DNA from: Stramenopiles sp. TOSAG23-2
Taxonomy: Eukaryota
NCBI GenBank assembly: GCA_900128395.1
Contig: LT649300.1
Span: 1 to 42,064 of the forward strand
DNA: 42,064 nucleotides
Direction of reading: 5' to 3'
Both the position numbers and the translations under genes were made by a program. Positions 29,624 through 39,630 of the stretch are shown here, piece after piece (position 1 is the stretch's first letter; each line of letters begins with the position of its first letter). The notes beneath the pieces are model-generated. The model was given only the letters and a program-made list of their open reading frames with translations, was not told the DNA's origin and did no database searches.

Positions 29624-30150
29624 GATGTATGTTGTTTCTTGTTTTAGTTAATTAAACTTTTGTGAGATTACCTTGTTCGTTAAAATTATCTATCTATCTA
29701 TCTATTTTATCTATCTATTTCATTTGAATGAAGTTAGTATAAAAATATTTGAAAAAATAGAGTTATCGACATTAAAGATGGGCAACAACGCATGGTGGCG
29801 AAAAAAATTTTTTTTTTTTTTTCAACTTTTTTTTTCCAGCCGTCTAGTATAATATGGAAATAGCATTACTTGGATGGAACCTCGTAGTCTTGTTACTACA
29901 CTTATTATTTATTTTATTTTTTGAATTAGAAAAGCACTCCTGGCACTCCATCCAGAGACTCGACGACTCGACTGATGCTGGACTGCCACATCAGGGGACG
30001 ACTAGGACTGACTGATATATATATGATTTGGAATAATAAAAAGTAGTAAATACTAAAAGAGAAAACAACAACAACAACAAGAAATACAATATACATATAC
30101 AAAGAGATATACGGATATATATATATATATATATACATAAACAAACGAAT

Positions 30151-30699
30151 ATGTTTCGATCAATACTAGCTGCAAGTACTACTAATAATAATAATGATTA
30201 TTTAGTAAAACGAACGAAAGTAGGTATTAAAAATGCTATTTCAATGTATATGTTAACGTTAATGCAAAGTCCATCTTCTAATAACGACGATGAGGATAGT
30301 GGGGCAACAGGTGATGATGATGATAAACCAAGCAAAAAGAATGTATCGATGCCAGATCCATTTGATACTATGCATTTGACATATTTAGGTGGACAACTAT
30401 CGGTAGGTGCTTTATTGGGATACTCTGCAGGCTATGCAATTAACGTCACTGCGCATGTTGCTGCATATTTTGTTGGTATAGTTTTCATTTCAATACAATA
30501 TTTAGCTTGGAAAGGAATGGTAAAAATACAATGGTCTGAAATTTTTGCCCAAGCAGAAAAAGCATTAGATCGTGATGGGGATGGCAAATTTGATATTAAA
30601 GATGCAAAAATTTGGTGGAATGACTTATTAACAATCTTAACATGGAATATGCCAGGTGGTAGTGGATTTTTATTTGGATTGTATTATGCATTGAGTTGA
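30151..30699 (+). CDS. FUN14/FUNDC-family mitochondrial outer membrane protein
   Basis: QLSVGALLGYSAGYA...VGIVFISIQYLAWKGMVKIQW...NMPGGSGFLFG, with an EF-hand-like DRDGDGKFDIKD loop. Confidence 0.85.
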   Translation: MFRSILAASTTNNNNDYLVKRTKVGIKNAISMYMLTLMQSPSSNNDDEDSGATGDDDDKPSKKNVSMPDPFDTMHLTYLGGQLSVGALLGYSAGYAINVTAHVAAYFVGIVFISIQYLAWKGMVKIQWSEIFAQAEKALDRDGDGKFDIKDAKIWWNDLLTILTWNMPGGSGFLFGLYYALS

Positions 30700-30963
30700 G
30701 TGAAAAATATAGTCTTAGTCTCTTTCTACGTTGGTAATATTATTTATTTATTATTTTTTTTAGTGTATTTTTTTTTTTTATTTACCATACCAAGTATAGC
30801 GCTATATATGCTATTTTATTATGCGTTGCGTGCTTGCCTATATCCATAATAATTACTGGCATAATATATATACTGTATTACTAATATATACTAATATTAA
30901 AATACACGCACCATTTACAAAATACAATATACGTACATTTTAGTATCGGAGAGGTCTATATTG

Positions 30964-30994
<31 letters not shown>

Positions 30995-30996
30995 TT

Positions 30997-32862
30997 ATGG
31001 ATACCAATTTAACCTCGTCTATCTTTCATCGACAATTAATTGGGAAATCTGTTATAAAAAATTGGAAGACAGAAACACTTGTACAAAGATTAAAACTAAC
31101 TAAAACATTTAATTGTCATAATGGATGTGTAAATACAATTCAATTCGATTCGACAGGGAATTTAATGATATCTGGTAGTGATGATAAAACATTGAAGATA
31201 CTTGATCCTAAATTAAAATCATCAAATAAAAGTCCTACACTATGGAGCTATCAGACAAATCATTTTTCAAATATTTTTAGCGCTTCACTAGTTAATGGAT
31301 TAACGTATGCTGTCAGTTGTAGCAGAGACGGTGAAGTACGTCTTACCCACATTATTCGAAAAACTAGTGCCGTTGCATTTAGTCATGATAAGACAGCATA
31401 TCAAACATTATCCGCTGGTCCATATGCGCCAAACATATTTTTTAGCTGTTCAGATGACAAAACTGTGCGTAAATTCGATTTAAGAGCAAGAACGTGTTAT
31501 CAAGGTGCATGTATTGAGTTAAACAATTCAGGCATTTCAACAATAGCTATTCATCCATTTGATGAGACTAAACTTTTAGTTGGTTGTAGTGATGATCCAA
31601 TCGTTAAATTGTATGATTTAAGATATTGCAGTGTCAATAATAATACAATAAATAATAATGGTATTAATAATAATGATAATAAAACAACATTACAAAGGTA
31701 TGCTCCGCATCATTTATTGTCTGCAAAAGCTACTGAATCTCGTAAATTAGGCAGGGTTACCTGTGTGAAATTCAATACAATGGGTGATGAATTTTTAGCA
31801 AGTTACAGTAATGAACATGTGTATATATTTAATGTAAATAATAATAATAATAATAACGATGATGGTACAAATGGTATGGATTTTAATAATAATATAATTG
31901 GATATATACCAAAAGAAATCTCAACTGAAAGGCGTATTAGACTTGGAATGGGCGGCTGGGATGAATGTGGTCCATTATCAAATTTGCCTTCATCAAATGG
32001 GGATGATGATGATGATAATAATAATAATAATAATGATGATGATGAGGAAAACAACAACAATGTTGATGAAGAAAGAATAGAAGATGAACAACATAATACA
32101 AGGGCAAATATTATTAATAGTGCTCTTGGAGTAAATATCCCATTAATTAATAATGATGATAATGATGATGATGATGGTGGTGGTGATAATAATAATAACA
32201 AAAACGAGGATGATGAGTGTAAATCAGATGACAATAATAATAATATTAGCAACAACAACACTGAGTATAATCCAAATATCGAAAATATTATTCCCCCAAA
32301 ACAATGTTTTAAAGGTCATCGAAATTCACGTACAGTGATTAAAGAAGCGACATATTTTGGACTAAATGATGAATATATTGTATCTGGTTCAGATGATGGC
32401 CGTATTTATTTTTGGTTGAAAAGTACTGGTAAATTAATTCAAGCATTAAATGCTGATCACCGTGTTGTTAATTGTGTACAACGCCCAGTGAATATCAGGC
32501 ATCAACATCATCCATTACCATATCTATGTTCTAGTGGCATTGATTATGATATCAAAATGTGGGAGCCTATTAATGGTTCAATAACGAATTGTAGTGGTGG
32601 AGGAGATGATGCATTGCAATTAAATGCAACTGGATCAGACGTTGTTGAAGATTTAGAAGCAATTGCAAATGCGAATGAAAAGATGCGAATTGAGACGTTA
32701 GAATCACCAAATGTTAATATCAATACAGCTCAATTAATACGGATGCTGGCAGCAATAAGAATTCAAAGACGTTTACAACGACGCAGGGAAGAAAGAGCAA
32801 GAGCAGTAGCTGCTACGAATGAAGAGAATGACGAGGAAACCGAAGATGAAGTGCATGTATAA
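30997..32862 (+). CDS. DCAF8/DCAF6-like WD40 protein (CUL4-DDB1 substrate receptor)
   Basis: HNGCVNTIQF...ISGSDD, HFSNIFSA, FKGHRNSRTVIKEA, YIVSGSDDGRIYFW, SSGIDYDIKMWEP; FDLR and YDLR resemble WDxR motifs. Confidence 0.88.
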   Translation: MDTNLTSSIFHRQLIGKSVIKNWKTETLVQRLKLTKTFNCHNGCVNTIQFDSTGNLMISGSDDKTLKILDPKLKSSNKSPTLWSYQTNHFSNIFSASLVNGLTYAVSCSRDGEVRLTHIIRKTSAVAFSHDKTAYQTLSAGPYAPNIFFSCSDDKTVRKFDLRARTCYQGACIELNNSGISTIAIHPFDETKLLVGCSDDPIVKLYDLRYCSVNNNTINNNGINNNDNKTTLQRYAPHHLLSAKATESRKLGRVTCVKFNTMGDEFLASYSNEHVYIFNVNNNNNNNDDGTNGMDFNNNIIGYIPKEISTERRIRLGMGGWDECGPLSNLPSSNGDDDDDNNNNNNDDDEENNNNVDEERIEDEQHNTRANIINSALGVNIPLINNDDNDDDDGGGDNNNNKNEDDECKSDDNNNNISNNNTEYNPNIENIIPPKQCFKGHRNSRTVIKEATYFGLNDEYIVSGSDDGRIYFWLKSTGKLIQALNADHRVVNCVQRPVNIRHQHHPLPYLCSSGIDYDIKMWEPINGSITNCSGGGDDALQLNATGSDVVEDLEAIANANEKMRIETLESPNVNINTAQLIRMLAAIRIQRRLQRRREERARAVAATNEENDEETEDEVHV

Positions 32863-33154
32863 ATGTACATACGCGCGGAGCGTACGAGCAGGTGCGTGTA
32901 AAAAGCAACTTTTTTTTTTAATTTTTCAAATTATTAATATAATACGAGAATATATAGATGATGCAAAATTTTATTTTATTATTTTTTTCGTAAATAATAA
33001 CACGCGAACGTAAATATTACGCGCGTACTAAAATATTTTTAGATCCCCTCTCTTCTGTTGTATATATATAAGAATTTTATATAACATATGAGTAAGAGAA
33101 AAACACATATATATATATTTAAAATATATTTTTCAGTAAAACATACGTACATTT

Positions 33155-34261
33155 TCAATATAACCACACTTCAATTTTCCTCATGGCAGAAAAAATTGCA
33201 GGGTCTTCAAAGGTAAGATCAGGTGTTCTTCCAATATCTTTTGTTGGTCTGTATCTATTACAACATGGTAAATTCACTAAACATGTTTTACAATTTCCAA
33301 AAATATTTCTAACTTTATCGAAACGTGCATCTCCTACAAAACGATGGTGACTATGGACACATATTATATATAAATACTGGCATTGATTTTTTTTAATTTC
33401 TTTATTATCACAAGTAGTTGATGCAATATTTACCCAATCTTCGAATTTTTTGTCGAAGCATTCAAGCCGATGGATACCTTTTGGCATTTTACCAACAAAT
33501 TCAGGCTTCAAACCTGGATCAATAGATATTATATTCCAATCTGTTAAGAATGATATTAATGTTGCTGTTCTAGGTGTCGAACCATCACCAATACATATAC
33601 ACCATACATTTGGTTGTTTCCATCGAGACCTATGGAGATTTTTTTTTTTTTTGCTGCCAGTAGTAGTTTTTTTAATTTCATTTGTATCTAAATGTGAGTA
33701 TAACGTACAAGCTCTTAAAGCACCCATTGATTCAGAAATATCTTTTGCATCTGGAAACACATCCAACTCAATTAATTTTTTAAAACACTTCATGTTCCAT
33801 ACCGCATCAATATGTTGACTAAAACCCCAATTTCGCGTTCTCAATTTTCCACTTCTTCTACCCCAATAATTTTGAATGGGACCACCAAAATTTTTTGCGT
33901 CTCCTCGTAAGTCACTTTCTAATTGTTTTCCTACTTTCAAGAAATCATGGTTATCGTGCATTATTTTTTTTTGATATTCATTCATTGAATGTACTTCTGC
34001 AGTTATCTTATTATTTTTTTTCATATTATTGCTATTTCTAAAATTATGTATTTTAGTGCCAGTGCATTGTTTACATCTTGCGAAAGTATCACGTCTCTTC
34101 CATTGATTTTTTGAGAAGTAATTTTGTGATTTGATTGTATTACAATTGAAACACTTGGCTACTTTTTCTGCTTTTACATTTTGTTTTTTTTTTTCACGGC
34201 GATATTCATTTCTGTGATATATTGCATATATACCAATAAATACTCCAACTGCCGTATACAT
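33155..34261 (-). CDS. Hypothetical protein: N-terminal membrane anchor, CxxC..FSKNQW..CxxC zinc finger, putative SAM-dependent methyltransferase-like domain
   Basis: CFNC-x-FSKNQW-x-CKQC; CIGDGSTPRTA, ISIDP, VHSH and LPCC motifs follow a class I MTase-like order. Confidence 0.6.
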   Translation of the reverse strand: MYTAVGVFIGIYAIYHRNEYRREKKKQNVKAEKVAKCFNCNTIKSQNYFSKNQWKRRDTFARCKQCTGTKIHNFRNSNNMKKNNKITAEVHSMNEYQKKIMHDNHDFLKVGKQLESDLRGDAKNFGGPIQNYWGRRSGKLRTRNWGFSQHIDAVWNMKCFKKLIELDVFPDAKDISESMGALRACTLYSHLDTNEIKKTTTGSKKKKNLHRSRWKQPNVWCICIGDGSTPRTATLISFLTDWNIISIDPGLKPEFVGKMPKGIHRLECFDKKFEDWVNIASTTCDNKEIKKNQCQYLYIICVHSHHRFVGDARFDKVRNIFGNCKTCLVNLPCCNRYRPTKDIGRTPDLTFEDPAIFSAMRKIEVWLY

Positions 34262-35040
34262 TATTTAATACATATAAGATGTTATAGATGTTTCAATGTT
34301 GATGAAAAATGTATTGTGTATTTTCGACTAACGAGACTATACCACAATAAATATTATTAATTTAAATATAATATAATACAGGATTAAATAATAAATACTA
34401 CTGTATTACCAAGTATACTTATAATACTGCCAGACTGATTTTACTTTTGGTATTGTTTCTGAATACAACTCTATGAAAATTTACAAAACATTGATTGCTA
34501 AATATAGTTTAGCACCTTTGTGTAAAATATTATAGAGTTATATGGTATATATGTATATCATCGATGGTGAAAGTAGATTGATGTATATATTTATATAAAG
34601 TGATGTATTTGTAAATAATATATATATAATATTTCTATTATTCTAATAAATGGAATAATGGGGGTGTTCATTGTTTGCTGTAGGCAGCTGCTATTGACCC
34701 GGTAGCTAATACCTTATTATAATATCCTCTGGTGTGCTGGTGTGCTGGTTATTACCACCAGGAGGATTATTTACATAAAAGTGCATGTTTTGACTAGATA
34801 GTAGAGGATCCTCTCTAGTATAGTTTTGACATAATAATAACTATTTATTCATTTTTTATTATTCGGTAGCATCATGTATAGTATAAAAATATATTTAATA
34901 TCTCGTGAGAAAACGGCAAAATAACAGATGTCATTATTCCATTGACCTTTACTATATTAACAATTGCACTCGGTTCCAATTTAGTGGATTATTCAAGATC
35001 ATCTAACGAAAATTGGGAAGAAAAAAACAAAAAACATACC

Positions 35041-36237
35041 ATGTCAAATAAAGCGCCTACAAAATTAGCGGAACATTTACACGTGTTACAAGAACCCATG
35101 TGGATGGCTAAATATACATTAGTTTTACAAGATAAAGAAAATATTTTAAATAAAACTATATGTATTTTAAATGCTGGTGTTGGCGTCTTGCCCATTATTG
35201 CTGCACGAACAGGGGCAAAGATGGTATATGCAGTTGAGGATAGTGCATTGGCGGAAACAATGCAAGACTTAATAGCAACCAACGGGGATGATTTGAAAAA
35301 CAAAATTAGTATTGTTAAAAATGTTGATGAAATTAAAGAGAAAGTTGATATCCTTTTAAGTACTCCGATGGGAATGTTGTGTTTGCACGGAAATTATTTA
35401 TCCTATTTAGTTGATGCAAGGGATAAAGTATTGAAGGAAAATGGAATCATCATCCCAAGATCATTGAAACTCATCACTTCGACTTTAACTGATGAGAAGA
35501 CGAATTTATATTTAAAAGAACAAAGTTCGTTTTGGGGGGATCAACATTTTTTCGGTGTTGATTTATCATGTGAAGCTAAAACAGCTATCATGCAAACATT
35601 TGCTCAAACATTAACAGGGCGTATATTAGAAGAATCCATCATGTCAGTAAAGCCATCATCCTATGAAATAGATTTAACTACGATTGCGAAAGAGAGTGTT
35701 GAAGAATTTACTATATCTGCGAATTTTAAAACAGCATTTAATGGTATGATACATGGCATAGGAGCATGGTTTGAATTAGATTTAGGATTACGTCAATGTA
35801 AAATACAATCAGGTCCATCAACTGATGATTCACAATGGTACACATGCCGTTTTTTATTGCCAAAACCTATGTTAGTTCATGCAAATGATGATGTAGAAGG
35901 TACATTAAAATTTCAACTAAACAAATTAGATAGTTACAATATAACAATTGATTTGCAAAATAGTAGTAAAGGAATACGAAGTCGCCATTTATATCCAATG
36001 AATCATTATATAACACATGGTATGAACAATTGGGATAATTCTAATAACAACAATAATGTAAATGGTGGTGGATGGCATTTTTGTGATCAAAATAATGCTA
36101 ATATTGGTCCTGTTAGTCGTACACAAATTATAGAAATGTTACGTGCTGGTAAATTGCATCAGGGTAGCTATGTATGGAAACAAGGTTTTGGTGATAATTG
36201 GACACCAATAAGCCAGATCAATGAATTAAAAATTTAG
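35041..36237 (+). CDS. CARM1/PRMT4-like protein with degenerate active site, fused to a C-terminal GYF_2 domain
   Basis: Colinear with CARM1 (GAKMVYAVE, VDILLSTPMG, FW..HFFGVDLS, IHGIGAWF, QWYTCRFLL, SYNITI). The C-terminal WHF...GPVS..I..ML..G.L...SYVWKQGF..W.PI fits GYF_2. ATG 35041 is preferred over the TTG at 34942. Confidence 0.85.
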   Translation: MSNKAPTKLAEHLHVLQEPMWMAKYTLVLQDKENILNKTICILNAGVGVLPIIAARTGAKMVYAVEDSALAETMQDLIATNGDDLKNKISIVKNVDEIKEKVDILLSTPMGMLCLHGNYLSYLVDARDKVLKENGIIIPRSLKLITSTLTDEKTNLYLKEQSSFWGDQHFFGVDLSCEAKTAIMQTFAQTLTGRILEESIMSVKPSSYEIDLTTIAKESVEEFTISANFKTAFNGMIHGIGAWFELDLGLRQCKIQSGPSTDDSQWYTCRFLLPKPMLVHANDDVEGTLKFQLNKLDSYNITIDLQNSSKGIRSRHLYPMNHYITHGMNNWDNSNNNNNVNGGGWHFCDQNNANIGPVSRTQIIEMLRAGKLHQGSYVWKQGFGDNWTPISQINELKI

Positions 36238-36410
36238 AGCATGTAGGTCGTAGTGTATTGAGAGAGAGAGAGAGATAAACTAATATGGTCGTCTCTATAT
36301 GATATACAAGAGAGATGCACTTTTTGAAATTAGAGATCTCTCTATAAATTATTTTACCACCACCTTTCTTCCCCTGTATATTTTTATTTTTAAATATGCT
36401 CGCACTCTCT

Positions 36411-37655
36411 TTACACTACACCTGCCTTCGCACCTGGTTCAATTCCACCAAACCCCATGCCTGATACTCCCCATTTTCGTGCTTGTGGCCATTGATATAT
36501 ACCATTTGGACAATGTGGCATTAATACTTGTGTTGATTTCATTTGCAAACCACGTTGTGGTGGTGGTACATTGGCTAAAGCCTTCATTTGTTTATCATGT
36601 TCACGTGTACGTCTAATCCAATTTTTTCTAGATTGATCTTCAAAATTTTGAAAACCATTTGATGGCCGTTTACGGGATGGATCTACTGCTTTTGTTGCAT
36701 ATTCATACAGGTAATGAGATCCGCCTGTAATTGGATTCGTATTTTTAATAGCCCATTGTGATCTCGGTATAGGTGGTCTATTTGTTGCATATTTTCGTAT
36801 ATCTGTCCTTTTTGTAAATGCCCAACGATCTATTTCCTCCGATCCTCGTCCACGCCAATATCGTGTGCCGCTATAATTATCATATCGTGGGCTTAAATTA
36901 CCACTTTTAATTTCAACATCTCTCCATTGTTTTTCAATACTAGTTCTATGTTTTGGACCATGATTATAACTAAAACCTTTACTCATATTCGATGGCCAGA
37001 AATTTGGATATTGTCCAGATTTATTACCACCATATATATTTGGATCCTCTCTAATTCCCCAACCTTGCTCTGGACGTTGAATTCCAGTACCTGCATTTTT
37101 CATCAATGGTATAGCTAATAAATCGTTTTGATTCATCCCACGATCATGCTCTTGCTTTACAAAGCTCGTCCGCCTTGGTGATATTAAACGATGTTTCTCA
37201 TGTGCTTTTGCCATTTGATTTAAACTTTCAGATTGATGGCCATAAATGGTTTCGCGGACTGTATTACCACCATGTATTGTTGTATCGATTTTCGGTGGTG
37301 GTGGGGGTATATATTTATTGCTTCTTGGACTTATTGGACCATGAATATCAGATTGTGTTTTTGGTCCAGGAGGTTGAATATTTCCACCAGGTCCTTTTCT
37401 AACATACATTGGTGAATATAATTCTGGATCACGTGCAACTGTTCTTCTTGGTGGTCCACGTGGTGTGAAATTATTTGATTTTTTCAATGATTCATTTAAT
37501 TGCAATGCACTTGCTCTTTTTTCTCTCCAATCTCGACGATTAAATATATCTCTAGCCATTGAATTTGGTTTTGATGTAGCATGTATATTTGACATTTTCC
37601 AACCAGCTTTGTTTATTGGACCACCATATGTCGATTGTCCTAATATAGGATTCAT
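36411..37655 (-). CDS. Unknown basic Pro/Gly/Arg-rich protein
   Basis: 414-aa ORF; NPILG and NPITG motifs, several SPR sites, no recognised domain. Confidence 0.7.
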   Translation of the reverse strand: MNPILGQSTYGGPINKAGWKMSNIHATSKPNSMARDIFNRRDWREKRASALQLNESLKKSNNFTPRGPPRRTVARDPELYSPMYVRKGPGGNIQPPGPKTQSDIHGPISPRSNKYIPPPPPKIDTTIHGGNTVRETIYGHQSESLNQMAKAHEKHRLISPRRTSFVKQEHDRGMNQNDLLAIPLMKNAGTGIQRPEQGWGIREDPNIYGGNKSGQYPNFWPSNMSKGFSYNHGPKHRTSIEKQWRDVEIKSGNLSPRYDNYSGTRYWRGRGSEEIDRWAFTKRTDIRKYATNRPPIPRSQWAIKNTNPITGGSHYLYEYATKAVDPSRKRPSNGFQNFEDQSRKNWIRRTREHDKQMKALANVPPPQRGLQMKSTQVLMPHCPNGIYQWPQARKWGVSGMGFGGIEPGAKAGVV

Positions 37656-38293
37656 ATTTTTATTATATGTTTATATATATATATATATATATATGGAGAT
37701 ATGTAACTTTTCGATTGCTTCTTCGTGTAGTAATATGTTTATATATATATATATATATATATGAGTGTTTGAATATATGTACAATATATATATGTATGTG
37801 TATATGATATTGTTGTAGATGTTTCTATTTGTTATTATTTGTTGAATACTATATGCCATATATATTTCGTCACATTTATTTCTAGTGTTCTTTGCCTGTA
37901 AAATGTAAAACGCCCACATTTTCAGTGTGGTTTATCTTGATAAATGTGTGTTGCAAAAATAGAATAAAATGGTTACACTCTACTCGTACTAAAATCATAT
38001 AAGACTACCATTTATTCTATTTATGTTCTATCATATTTTATTTTACTGGCTGGATGGCCAGGTTGCCTGGATGTGGCTGGATGGCCAAATAACCTGTGGA
38101 TAAAATGGAGGAGGATGTGGCCTCCTCAAGAAGAAGCATGCCAGAGTAAGAAGAGTGGTGGCTGAAAATAATTATTTATATAAACTAATAAACAAAATAT
38201 TGATTATATAATATATAATCTTGCGAAGAATCATTCAAGCCGCAAAACTTATATATAACAAAACACAACGTCTTAAGCACAGAAAAAAAGAAT

Positions 38294-38938
38294 ATGTTAA
38301 CAAAAACAATATTATTATTAATTATATGCACCACTGCATATGGGCAAATTCCAGCAAATACACAACCTGTTATTGCTGGAAAAACTGTTGGTGATTTCGT
38401 ATTACTTGGTTCATTATGCTTTCCACCTGGTGCTGATGATCAAGTATCCATTAAAACAACAACAGAAGACCCAAATGGTGCGCAAAAAATCTTGTTCTTT
38501 GATGATCAAACTTCATCATTTGATAAAATTAATGAACTAAGTCCAGATGCAACATGTGACGAAAGAGAAGCTTTAGCACGTCCAATATGTGCTGGTGATG
38601 AACAATGTGTAACAGGTTATCAAGTTCCTAAAGGCACAGATAAAACATACACTATTGATATCAGTGAAACCTTTGCTCGCCGTTGGTATTTTGTATTATC
38701 AAACTGTAATGATAAAAAGGCTGCTCCAGTTGACATGGCATCATTTAGAATTACATCTCCAGCATCCATTAGTTGTGGACAACTACAAGAAGAAGATTCA
38801 ACAGCCGGTTACATTGTTGCCATCGTATTTTTAAGCTTAATTATTATTGTATTGATAGGTGTTTCATATTACATGTATAAGCGTAGTGATGTACCAGCAC
38901 CATTATCTAATGATAGAGTAGGATATAATACATTGTAA
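38294..38938 (+). CDS. Type I membrane protein with a GPR180/TMEM145-N-terminal-like luminal domain
   Basis: Signal peptide; FVLLGSLCF, LFFDDQ and RRWYFVLSNC motifs; one TM; cytosolic tail ending GYNTL. Confidence 0.7.
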   Translation: MLTKTILLLIICTTAYGQIPANTQPVIAGKTVGDFVLLGSLCFPPGADDQVSIKTTTEDPNGAQKILFFDDQTSSFDKINELSPDATCDEREALARPICAGDEQCVTGYQVPKGTDKTYTIDISETFARRWYFVLSNCNDKKAAPVDMASFRITSPASISCGQLQEEDSTAGYIVAIVFLSLIIIVLIGVSYYMYKRSDVPAPLSNDRVGYNTL

Positions 38939-39630
38939 AAAGCGGGAAGAAGATGAAAATACATGCTTATACAAAAAAGTATTTGCAGAAAAAATAAATT
39001 AACGCGTGAATTAAATAAAACGACGTAATAAAATAAAATATTACGAGCGTATATATATTTTATAATATACGAAAACACATATCAATAGAGAGATGTGTAC
39101 ACATCAGATATCATATGCATCATATCATTATATCTTACATGCATATATATGCAAGTAATACCGTATGCATTAAATACCGAAGTCGTATATAATTTAGTTT
39201 AACGCATAATTTACTATGCATTATAATATAAATGTACGTGTATTTTAATTTTTTATTTTCCTACTCTCAAAATGAATGTCAATAAATCAGTGACTCTAAG
39301 CCAATAATTAAAATATATCTATCTCACAAAATGTGTCAATAATTTCTGTATCATAACAGAAATTACCGATGAGGTAAATAGATGTTATCAACCTACTGTT
39401 GATGAAAAAATATGAAGAGGGTGCGGGGAGTAAATTGTACCAGGGCACAATTCATTGTATTCCTCACCAAATGCACATTTTAATGCATAACGATTAGTAT
39501 AGGCGCACGTCTTAATAACCGCGCTGTTTGAATTATATTTGCATTATATATCAGATGCCATATGATATGCCTACCTATCAGATATGATATTTTACGTGTT
39601 CGTAATAATTTACAAACGTCGTGTATGTTT

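Noticed and set aside
34942-35040. N-terminal extension of the PRMT-like ORF from TTG
   Set aside because: In a eukaryotic gene the first ATG (35041) is the more plausible start, although an upstream exon cannot be excluded.
37465-37919. YIYIYI-type ORFs (also ~25405, 29926, 41616)
   Set aside because: Translations of (AT)n microsatellites in intergenic DNA.
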